Below are positions 39,692 through 48,321 of a stretch of DNA of 57,471 bases, piece after piece. The stretch comes from an uncultured Oligoflexus sp. GTDB taxonomy: Bacteria; Bdellovibrionota_B; Oligoflexia; Oligoflexales; Oligoflexaceae. The stretch covers positions 1-57,471 of the forward strand of contig CAXSGP010000017.1 of assembly GCA_964236955.1 (NCBI GenBank), read 5' to 3'. The notes under the pieces are model-generated. The model was not told where the DNA came from, searched no databases, and saw nothing but the letters and a program-made list of their open reading frames with translations. Numbering within the stretch: position 1 is the first letter of the stretch; each line of letters begins with the position of its first letter. The translations under genes and the position numbers were made by a program.

Positions 39692-42586
39692 ATGATCAAG
39701 CTGTACACGACTATCGCCATGGTGACCTTCTTAAGCACATCTTGTTTTAAAGTGGGTGTCAGCAATATTGGATCGACCCTTGTCCCCGGGAACACTTTTA
39801 AGACGACCCAGGTAAAAGCTGCGGCTACAGTCGATGGCGGAGTCTCAGCTGCCATCGATATTTCAAGCGGTTCGAATCAGATGCTTAAAGCTGAGGAAGG
39901 GAGCGCCATTCAAGGCACGGCAGCAAGTTTCCCACCCGGCTCCCTTAGTATCAATACCAGTATATCCATCGAGGAATCAGCCTCGATAGCCACATCAACT
40001 CTTACGTCGGAACTTAATCTTCAAACCGATATCACGCAATCGGGAACGGCAGTATCGATACAATCGGCCTCTCCCATGGACGCTAGGCAGCCCTTTTCCC
40101 TGAGCATCCCTTTACCCGCTCTGTCCGCTCTGGCATCAGGCGACTTGTGGGCCAATCTCATTGTAATCTACCGGGTAAGCGTTCAAGCCGATAAAAAAGT
40201 CATTTCAGGCGTTATTCCTCGCAGCGAAATCATCATTAAGGATGGTATCGCACAAATAAATTCCCTGTACTTCGGTTCGTTTCAGACCGCCGTTACAAGC
40301 GTACCCGTTACCGATAGAGTGCAGGCTGACTCAAATGCGATCATTCTCACCAAAAAGGAAAGCATCAATCTCCCGGCGTTGAGTGTAGTCTCCCGCTCTC
40401 CGCTTGTTGTCAAAGCCAACGCTGTCGTCGAAATAAACGGAATTAATTTCCGGCCGACGATGATAGTTGCCGTAGCGGGCAAGAAGGTAGGCGATTTAAA
40501 GGTTCTAAGCGATTCCAAAGCCTCCTTTATCACGCCATCGACAGTGACCTATGGGCTGAATGATATTACAGTTGAGCAGGACGGAATTTCCCAGACCGTT
40601 TCGATTTTATATGCTGGTACCAAGACTGATTTGCCGATTATGCTGCGAGCCGAAACAGAAGTTTGCCTGGGTGAAAAATTCTACGACGGCACGGGCGCCC
40701 TTAAAATGGGTTCACGTCCCTGCAATGGTCTTGCCGCGTGTACGGCCGACGGGCAAACGAATTGCACCGCTACCGTTGATTTTCCGGCCGCGGCTGCGGC
40801 AGGACTCGCCGCAAAAATTCATAATGGCCTCATAGTCGCGGGAATCAAAGGAACCGCCAGTGATAGACCTCTCGATTGCAATGTCGATGGTTCAACCCAA
40901 TGCGTTGCGACGGCATCATTTCCAGCCGTTGACAGAGCAATCAGTCTGCAGGCTAATAGCGCCAAAATACGGGCGGGCGTCAGCATCGCAGGAGTTGCCG
41001 GGACTCTGGCGAATTGCAGTCTCGATGGAGCCACCAGCTGTGTTGCAGTAAGCGCCTTTCCGGCGATCGATAAGGTCACCAAACTTTCCACCGCTAATCT
41101 TGCAAAAATACATTCCAGTATTAGTATTGCCGGACTCACAGGGACATCCGGCAGCTGCGCGGCCGATGGTCAGCTATCATGCTTCACTGCAGCGGGTTTT
41201 CCCGCCGCTGATGTTGCTGGGGCGGCTGCCAAGCTCCTCTCCGGACAAGCCCTGGGCGGTATAACAGGTACGGTTGCGGCACGGCCTAACGATTGTGCTA
41301 ACGATGGGGATATAAATTGTGTGGCCATTGCCAACTTTCCGGCAGTGGATAAAGTCGTCAATCTTGCTGCGGGAAAACTTGCGAAGATACACAGCTCGGT
41401 GACCGTTGGTGGCGCCACGGGTACCCTTGGCGATTGTTCAGCGGACGGTGGCACGGGCTGCTTAGCCGTACCCGGTTTCGTCGCTGCAAATGCAGCTGGA
41501 GCTGCAGCCAAAATACTGACTGGGCAGGTCGTTGCAGGCATTTCAGGTACGGCAGCGATCAGACCTTTGGATTGTAGCACCGACAATGGAACCGATTGCA
41601 TAGCCATCACGGCCTTTCCTTCGGTTGTAAAAGCCAACATAAATGCGGGCCTGCTAAAAACGGGGACCGTTGTCGCCGGCATTAGCGGGGCCTTTCCCAG
41701 TGCTTCCTTCCCTTTGACTGGGGCCAGCGCTACAGCAGATTTAACAGCTGCGACTTTCAACGCCCAGATAAAGTCATCGACTGTCTTTGAATATTTTGAT
41801 GGCGTGGGGACACGCTATACTGGTTACGGCGATACTGACATTCAAAGCAACAATATTTTGGTAGGACTCGATATTTTTGGTACGACCGGAACCTTTGGCG
41901 CCAACTGCACCTCTGATGGCCAGATCGCTTGTCTCACAACCAGCACCTACAAGTCTGTCGATACCAGCCAAATTACGCCTTGGGACATAAGGGCTGGCAA
42001 GTCGGTCGGCGGGATTGCCGGCAGTATCAGGTTCAACCGGAACTCAGCGAAACTCGCGGTTTTCAACCGAACCACCGGCACGGCCGCCTCGACCAGCACC
42101 TCCGTGGCTGATGCCTATGATACCATCGACGATTATAATAACAATGCCGGGCTTCCCTCTGATCTTCCTGCAGGCTTTCCTGCGGCGGCGCCTTCAGACT
42201 GGCTCCGGGACCCCGTCAGCGACAGCGATTCAAACGGACTTTGCAATGGCTCTGAGCAATGCGTATATAAAGACCGCATCACAGGCTTCTACTGGTTTAA
42301 AGATGACGCCGTAGTCCGCACCTGGGAAGCGGCGATCACCTACTGTGAAAATTTAACGTCAGGCACTTACAGCGATTGGCGACTCCCCGCTCAGAAAGAG
42401 TTGGCTATGGCCTACATCGATGGCATCTCCTCTCAAAAAGCGCCGTTGACTCTTACTCTATCGGCTTATTGGAGTGCGACGACGAATTCAACGTTAACGT
42501 CCAACGGCTATGGCTATTCGATACTGAGCGGCGACGCTCTCAATGATCTCAAGACAAACAGTTACGCAACTCTGTGTGTACGATGA
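39692..42586 (+). CDS. Surface lipoprotein: N-terminal beta domain, IPT/TIG-like domain, 8 Cys-knuckle fibre repeats, C-terminal DUF1566 (Lcl C-terminal) domain
   Basis: STSC lipobox-like; TIG-like VEINGINF...ITVEQDG; eight C-x2-D(G/N)-x3-C units, most followed by FP(A/S) and K(I/L)...AG(I/V)-x-GT; DUF1566 motifs YKDRITGFYW, TWEAAITYC, SDWRLPAQKEL, YWSATT, LCVR. Confidence 0.85.
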   Translation: MIKLYTTIAMVTFLSTSCFKVGVSNIGSTLVPGNTFKTTQVKAAATVDGGVSAAIDISSGSNQMLKAEEGSAIQGTAASFPPGSLSINTSISIEESASIATSTLTSELNLQTDITQSGTAVSIQSASPMDARQPFSLSIPLPALSALASGDLWANLIVIYRVSVQADKKVISGVIPRSEIIIKDGIAQINSLYFGSFQTAVTSVPVTDRVQADSNAIILTKKESINLPALSVVSRSPLVVKANAVVEINGINFRPTMIVAVAGKKVGDLKVLSDSKASFITPSTVTYGLNDITVEQDGISQTVSILYAGTKTDLPIMLRAETEVCLGEKFYDGTGALKMGSRPCNGLAACTADGQTNCTATVDFPAAAAAGLAAKIHNGLIVAGIKGTASDRPLDCNVDGSTQCVATASFPAVDRAISLQANSAKIRAGVSIAGVAGTLANCSLDGATSCVAVSAFPAIDKVTKLSTANLAKIHSSISIAGLTGTSGSCAADGQLSCFTAAGFPAADVAGAAAKLLSGQALGGITGTVAARPNDCANDGDINCVAIANFPAVDKVVNLAAGKLAKIHSSVTVGGATGTLGDCSADGGTGCLAVPGFVAANAAGAAAKILTGQVVAGISGTAAIRPLDCSTDNGTDCIAITAFPSVVKANINAGLLKTGTVVAGISGAFPSASFPLTGASATADLTAATFNAQIKSSTVFEYFDGVGTRYTGYGDTDIQSNNILVGLDIFGTTGTFGANCTSDGQIACLTTSTYKSVDTSQITPWDIRAGKSVGGIAGSIRFNRNSAKLAVFNRTTGTAASTSTSVADAYDTIDDYNNNAGLPSDLPAGFPAAAPSDWLRDPVSDSDSNGLCNGSEQCVYKDRITGFYWFKDDAVVRTWEAAITYCENLTSGTYSDWRLPAQKELAMAYIDGISSQKAPLTLTLSAYWSATTNSTLTSNGYGYSILSGDALNDLKTNSYATLCVR

Positions 42587-42999
42587 TTTTAAGCGAAATC
42601 AAATCGTTGATTCAGTGAATAGCTGGCACGCATCTCAAAGATCCCAGCTAAAGAGAATGCCCAAAGGAAATAGCCTTTGGGCTTGTTCACGCCGCATGCC
42701 AACCCTAAAATCAGGCGCGCAGTCTTTAGCCGTCAAATAGGGACGCTATCTTTTATAGAGCGTTCAGGGCCTGGGTGCATTTTTGATAAATTCAAAATAG
42801 CATTTCTCAAAATTTCAACATAGACTCTCCTTGCGGCCGAAAACAAGCGTCTCAATGGAAAAGTCCTATAGGATCATTTGTGATCTTAGATTCAAATTAA
42901 TGTTCACTCAAAGCCCTTCAAGGCTCTTGGATTGACATTTCGTTGACTCATGAATGGGTTCAAGGCTTTGGTCCTATTTTCATTTTGTGAGGAGCTTTG

Positions 43000-44403
43000 A
43001 TGCTAAAAACCCTTTATTCCAAGCTCATGGTCGGGTCGGTCTTTATTATGTCCTGTGGTTCTACGCCTGCCAAGAAAAACCCGGATAATATTGTGAATCA
43101 AGCTAAACCCGCAGCCAATGAAGTTCAAGCTCCCGGTGCCGTGACTGCTTCCGGCGATGCTGCCGTTCAGAGCGTTCGTCCTCAAGCTCCAGTACCCCTC
43201 TCCGATCTGGTCTTTACCGCCGACCAAAATAACATTCAATCGAGTGATTCCTGCTTTCAGTTGCCTATTAATGACCTCTGCCGTGCCGATGTCGGCACTC
43301 TCGAGCGCCCCATTGAAGTCGATGGGCAGTGCCTGGCATCGATGGCACTGAAACTATGTGCTAATAAAAGTCTTCATTTCAGGGTGAAAATACATCCCTT
43401 TTCCTATGTCAGTATTTCTGTGCTGACTCCCGAACCGTCGACGTCAAGCCGTTCGCTGATAGTCGACCCCAACCTGGTCTTGGATGAAGTCAACAACCCG
43501 GGGCTGCCGACATCCGAGCGATCCGACAGCTGGGCTCTTAATTATGAAATGATTTCTTGGCAGAACAGCACCAGTTCTTCCCAATTCAAACTGATCCGTG
43601 TGCATGAAGCCAATGGGAAGGCGGCCAGCTTTCACCTTTTGTCCGTGGAAAATCCCTGGACTCCGTTTGCCAATTGCGGTCCTTTGAAAAAAGACTGTTA
43701 TCAAATCGATCAGTTCCCAAGTCCCAATTCGGCGGCGGATGGCTATCACATCAAGATCCCGGAATTTGCCTATCTACGGCGGGAGATGATCGATGTCGTC
43801 ATGGATGCCTCGAAGAGGACCCATGCGGCTTTTCCAGCCCATAGCCCCGTTTCCCTGCTAAACATGAGTTACATCGACGGATCCGTTTCCTATGACCCCT
43901 ACGTGCGATGTGCACGCATGGGCCATGTCCTTGGCTATGATATCGATATTTCCTACCTTCAAAAGGATTTGCAAAACGATGGCAAGCCGATGTGTGATAT
44001 TGATCCTATGAGCGATCAATGTATTCCCGGTACTGTCGATCGTCTCGATCGTCAGGCAAGCGCTTATTTTATCGTTCAGCTTTCAAAATCGGCCAAGGTT
44101 AGGTTCACCCTGTCGGACGTTGAAATTATCAAGCAAATCGTAGTGGGGGGAGATGAGCTCTATAGGATTGGCAAGATAAGCAAGCAGGATCATGATCTCC
44201 TTAGCGCTAAGACGAAGCTAAAGGATCTCATGGCTATTCACTACAGCCATATGCATGTTCAATCGGTGTATGATGCGGGGCCGGGCGAGGAAACGCGCTG
44301 GAATAAAGAGACGAACTATTTGCGTGAACATATTACCAAGCTTCAGCCACCCCAGGGAGAGCGGCATGATGATTGTAAGGAAATTTTAAAGAAGGGTGCA
44401 TGA
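43000..44403 (+). CDS. Lipoprotein with C-terminal MepA-like (LAS) zinc murein endopeptidase domain
   Basis: RBS GAGGAG; IMSC lipobox-like; H-x6-D motif (GHVLGYDIDISY) and H-x2-H-x-H motif (HYSHMHV), as in MepA. Confidence 0.65.
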   Translation: MLKTLYSKLMVGSVFIMSCGSTPAKKNPDNIVNQAKPAANEVQAPGAVTASGDAAVQSVRPQAPVPLSDLVFTADQNNIQSSDSCFQLPINDLCRADVGTLERPIEVDGQCLASMALKLCANKSLHFRVKIHPFSYVSISVLTPEPSTSSRSLIVDPNLVLDEVNNPGLPTSERSDSWALNYEMISWQNSTSSSQFKLIRVHEANGKAASFHLLSVENPWTPFANCGPLKKDCYQIDQFPSPNSAADGYHIKIPEFAYLRREMIDVVMDASKRTHAAFPAHSPVSLLNMSYIDGSVSYDPYVRCARMGHVLGYDIDISYLQKDLQNDGKPMCDIDPMSDQCIPGTVDRLDRQASAYFIVQLSKSAKVRFTLSDVEIIKQIVVGGDELYRIGKISKQDHDLLSAKTKLKDLMAIHYSHMHVQSVYDAGPGEETRWNKETNYLREHITKLQPPQGERHDDCKEILKKGA

Positions 44404-44777
44404 ATCGTCGAGGACATTACCATTACCTGACTGACACAAGCTTTGGGTGCTATCATCCAGATGGCAAAGGACTTGGGTGATTACCAAAGCCATGCGTGGG
44501 CCATTGGTTTCAGTGGGCAGAATATGGCTCCCGATCCGTTCATCAAATATTTCTCAGACCATAGCCTTCCCTTTGAAATCTATTTTGCTCATGGTTTTGT
44601 CGAATTAGTTGTCAAAGACGCTTACATGATTAACCTTAAGACTCTGGCAGATTACCGTGCGAAGTGAGTGGCAGTGAGGGGCGTTGCAGACGCAAGTATC
44701 GACTGAAGCCTATAACTTCATGGGTCCCGTTCAGCGATAATCTAGGGCCGTTAGGATAAAATATAGGAATCTAGAGG

Positions 44778-44814
44778 AAATCCGAGCCAGTAATCGACTG
44801 TCTCGGATTTTTTT
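44778..44814 (+). terminator. Rho-independent terminator
   Basis: AAATCCGAGCCAG-TAATCGA-CTGTCTCGGATTTTTTT. Confidence 0.6.
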
Positions 44815-45221
44815 GTTGGCCATTCTTCGGTACGGAGTTTTATGACCTTGCCGCCTTCGACCTGTGTCCATTCCTCGAAGATTAACCGTAATTTTTCCCG
44901 GCGATTTGAAGTCTTCGAGACCGTGAAATATTTTGAACAGCCTTAAGTAAAATAGTTTTTATCTTAACGGCGCCGAAGAGATATTTTCATTGGGTTTTCG
45001 GTAGCTTAGCTGAGGGGCTGGGCCTGACGCAATAGCCTGTCCTGGCCTAATTCATCGTCAGAATCCTTCCCATTCAGCCGCTCTCGGCAGAATTTTATGC
45101 CTTGATGGTAATATTTGAGGTCAGCTAAGTATCAGAAATCTAACATGAAAGTGATACCAATTCTCGCTTTACCACAGTATGCCGATAAGCCCACTAGAAG
45201 TATACTTTAGGGGCAAACAAG

Positions 45222-47318
45222 ATGAGATCCATCCAGGCTTTAAGCTTATTCATCATTTTGGGGTGCCAAGTCCCGGAACCTCGCCCTACGCTCAAGATCG
45301 AACGAAAGGGACAAGTTGGTGCCGGTGCCCAAGAATCAAGCGGCAGGATCCAAAGCGGAGGGCCTCAGGGGGATCCGCTTGGCTCGGGGACTGTCGGGTA
45401 TGATTCCATCCGTGAGGGTGCCGCTTTAAAGGAAGCTTGCCTTTCCCGTTCGCTTCTGGAATCTGCGGTGGCCCAAAAGCTCAGCCTCAAAATTATCTCC
45501 GAGCGCTATTCGCTTAAGGATTGCGATCAACTCAGCGAATTCTTGACACGAACGGCCGAACTTGATCTGGCAGGGCTCGGTCTGGAGAATATCGACTTTC
45601 TCCTGCATATGCCGCAGCTGGTATCGCTCAACTTTAACGACAACCGAATCGCCGATCTCAGCCCGATCAAGAGCCTCACGAATTTGCAATTTCTGGAGAT
45701 TGCGCGCAATGGCCTGAGTTCTGTGGACAGCTTGAGCGGCCTGACGAAATTGAAGGAACTGGGCCTGTCGCAGAACCAAATAGGCAGCATGTCGCCCCTT
45801 TCCCGACTGACTGATCTGGAAGTCCTTCAGATCGCGGAGAATAACTTAACCGACATGCAGGCCATCGCCGCATTGAAGAGACTGCGAACCCTCAGTATCC
45901 ATAGCAATCCAATCGCTGATCTCAGTCCAATCACAAGCTTAGTCAATCTTGAACTTTTGAATCTTCAGCACAATAGGGCTGCTGTGGATTTTACTAGCAT
46001 TGCCAGTCTTAGTAAATTGCGCAGCCTTGATATAAGTGATGGGATCGCCGGCGATGTCGATTTTTTAAAGGGGCTGACAAATCTGCAGGAATTAAAGCTT
46101 AATTCCGGCGTCGTCAAAAGTTTCGGTGCGATTCGAAAGCTGCCCAATCTCATCAGCTTCAGCATCGATAATGGAGAGAATTTTATTGCAAGTGAGAATA
46201 GCTTTGATCCAAACCTGCTGAGCCAGGCGAAGGGTCTCCAGGAGCTGGTCCTCCAGCAGCAGAATATCAAAAGTCTCGCTTTTTTAAGGAAATTCAAGAA
46301 TCTCAAAGCCGTAAACCTCAATCGCAATCCTCTCGTCGATGATGCCATGCTCGCTCTCAGGGAACATAGCGGTCTGGTGCAAGTCTCATGCTCCGAATGT
46401 CGACTTACCAATTTGGCTTTCGTCGAGGGACTGCCAAATATTGAGACGGTTAAAGTGAGTGGTAATCTCATTGAGGATATCAGCGGATTGAAGGCGGCCG
46501 ACAAGCTCAAAGCCCTGGATCTGGCCTTTAATACAACCGTTGCTGATATCTCGGCGCTGACGGGGTTAAAGAATCTCGAGAAGGTGATCCTCAGCAACAA
46601 TGCCATATCAGACATCAGTCCTCTCAAAAATGCAGTCAGGATGCAAACTCTGGATATTTCGGGCAACCTTCTCACCGATATTAGCGCTCTTGCTAACCTG
46701 AAGGAATTGTCCGGCCTTCGCATGGGGCTCAATTCAATCCCCAGTCTTTTCGGTCTCGAGGGGCTTTCAAAGCTTGTGGATCTTAATGCTGAGGGCGATA
46801 TCGGGCTCAATCATGCGGACATCGCTAAGCTAAAGGGATTGCAATTTCTTAATGTTCGCGGCACGGCGCTTGGCGATTGCACCTTTGTTCGCCAGCTGCC
46901 CGACCTGGTGCAGCTCGACATGAGCCTCAATAAATTAAAGGATGTTGAGTGTCTTAGAAACCTCAACAATCTGACGAAAGTGAATTATCAGGATAACGAA
47001 GCCAGCGACCTAAGTCCTGTCTCCAGTCTCGTCGGACTGGTGGAACTCAACGCTTCGGACAATGGAATCAAGTCGATCGAATTATTGAAAGATCTCAACA
47101 ATCTGGAATCCCTAACTATGACGAACAACATCGGGATTAATGATCTGAGCCCAATCAAAGGTTTGAAAAAGCTCAAATCCTTTCAAGCCCTGGTGACCTC
47201 CACGGATAAGGCCGGACCTCTGTGGTCGCCAAGCACCTGTCCGACCGGCCCGGGCGTCAATCCAGGCGTCGATAAGTTTTGCAAAGATAAACTGGAAAAT
47301 AGAGGGGGCACGCCATGA
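45222..47318 (+). CDS. Internalin-like leucine-rich repeat lipoprotein
   Basis: Lipobox ILGC; more than 20 LRRs of about 22 aa; Cys N-cap (EAC...KDC); C-cap CPTG...VDKFC. Confidence 0.9.
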   Translation: MRSIQALSLFIILGCQVPEPRPTLKIERKGQVGAGAQESSGRIQSGGPQGDPLGSGTVGYDSIREGAALKEACLSRSLLESAVAQKLSLKIISERYSLKDCDQLSEFLTRTAELDLAGLGLENIDFLLHMPQLVSLNFNDNRIADLSPIKSLTNLQFLEIARNGLSSVDSLSGLTKLKELGLSQNQIGSMSPLSRLTDLEVLQIAENNLTDMQAIAALKRLRTLSIHSNPIADLSPITSLVNLELLNLQHNRAAVDFTSIASLSKLRSLDISDGIAGDVDFLKGLTNLQELKLNSGVVKSFGAIRKLPNLISFSIDNGENFIASENSFDPNLLSQAKGLQELVLQQQNIKSLAFLRKFKNLKAVNLNRNPLVDDAMLALREHSGLVQVSCSECRLTNLAFVEGLPNIETVKVSGNLIEDISGLKAADKLKALDLAFNTTVADISALTGLKNLEKVILSNNAISDISPLKNAVRMQTLDISGNLLTDISALANLKELSGLRMGLNSIPSLFGLEGLSKLVDLNAEGDIGLNHADIAKLKGLQFLNVRGTALGDCTFVRQLPDLVQLDMSLNKLKDVECLRNLNNLTKVNYQDNEASDLSPVSSLVGLVELNASDNGIKSIELLKDLNNLESLTMTNNIGINDLSPIKGLKKLKSFQALVTSTDKAGPLWSPSTCPTGPGVNPGVDKFCKDKLENRGGTP

Positions 47319-47941
47319 GTCAAGTAACAAAAAATATAGGAATGGTGTTGGCTCTCGCCATTGCGGGTCTCAACGCCTGTACTGCAGACGATGGTGGCCG
47401 ATCGGAGCGGGTGAAACCAAAGACCCAGGAAACAGCTAAGACTGCGACCGATACCAATCAGGACACTGATCCCGCGACAACGTTTGCTTCAGAAGAAGAC
47501 GAATCGGTAGAAATTCCCTCCCGCATTGCTGGTGCCTTGTTGACCTGCGCCTTGCGTAAAGAGGCGAGCGATACTGATCTCAGCCAGGAATACGGCTGTT
47601 TTCTAAGCGACGCCGTCAGCGGTAAAAAGCTGGACCAGGATCCGCTCATCAACTGGCAAAGCTCCGAAGCCTCGGGCCTTGTGTTCTCCGAGCCGAATTC
47701 GGCTTATACTTCGGCCCTCTATAACACCCTTTTAGCCGTGACCGGTGATTCTAAAGGTGAGATCGACCGGAAGGTTCTTTCCACCGATATCATAGCCCTG
47801 TATGGGTTTAAGTCGGTGGTCGTGAAACGTCTCTTTAGTGTCTTGAAACCGGCCTACGAAATCGAAGACTTCGAAGCTCCGGTTGTCCGTGATCAATCCA
47901 TTGCCCCTGACCGCGATGGATCGCCAGTTGATCCCTTCTAA
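47315..47941 (+). CDS. Hypothetical lipoprotein, translationally coupled to the LRR gene
   Basis: ATGA overlap with the LRR stop; lipobox LNAC; IPSRIAGALLTC...YGC module. Confidence 0.75.
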   Translation: MSQVTKNIGMVLALAIAGLNACTADDGGRSERVKPKTQETAKTATDTNQDTDPATTFASEEDESVEIPSRIAGALLTCALRKEASDTDLSQEYGCFLSDAVSGKKLDQDPLINWQSSEASGLVFSEPNSAYTSALYNTLLAVTGDSKGEIDRKVLSTDIIALYGFKSVVVKRLFSVLKPAYEIEDFEAPVVRDQSIAPDRDGSPVDPF

Positions 47942-48321
47942 GTAACGGGTTTAAGCAGTTGTAGAGAACTGCCTATGCCAGTATTTAATAGCGAAGGCAG
48001 CCGAGCATCATCGCGGGTACAAGCGAAGCGCCAGCCTTTTCGCGCGTCCTTCAGAGTTGGAAATGATAGCCAGACCCGCCTGGATTTCGGCTTCATCTTC
48101 ACTCCTATGATGGAAATGTCACGACCGCCAAATTCTCCCCTCCCACCTGAAAAAATACGCCATAATATATCTTCCTGCGTCAAGCTCATACGACGAGAAT
48201 CCCCGGCTTTTAAACAAAAAACGGCAGTAAATGGGATATTACGCATTCGATTATTCTCGACAATAGGGTGCTTTCGAGCTTTAAGGGATGGAGTATAAAT
48301 TGAGAATTCGGAGCCTTTCCC

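Noticed and set aside
45965..46810. 281-aa minus-strand ORF with apparent periodicity
   Set aside because: The periodicity mirrors the LRR gene on the other strand.
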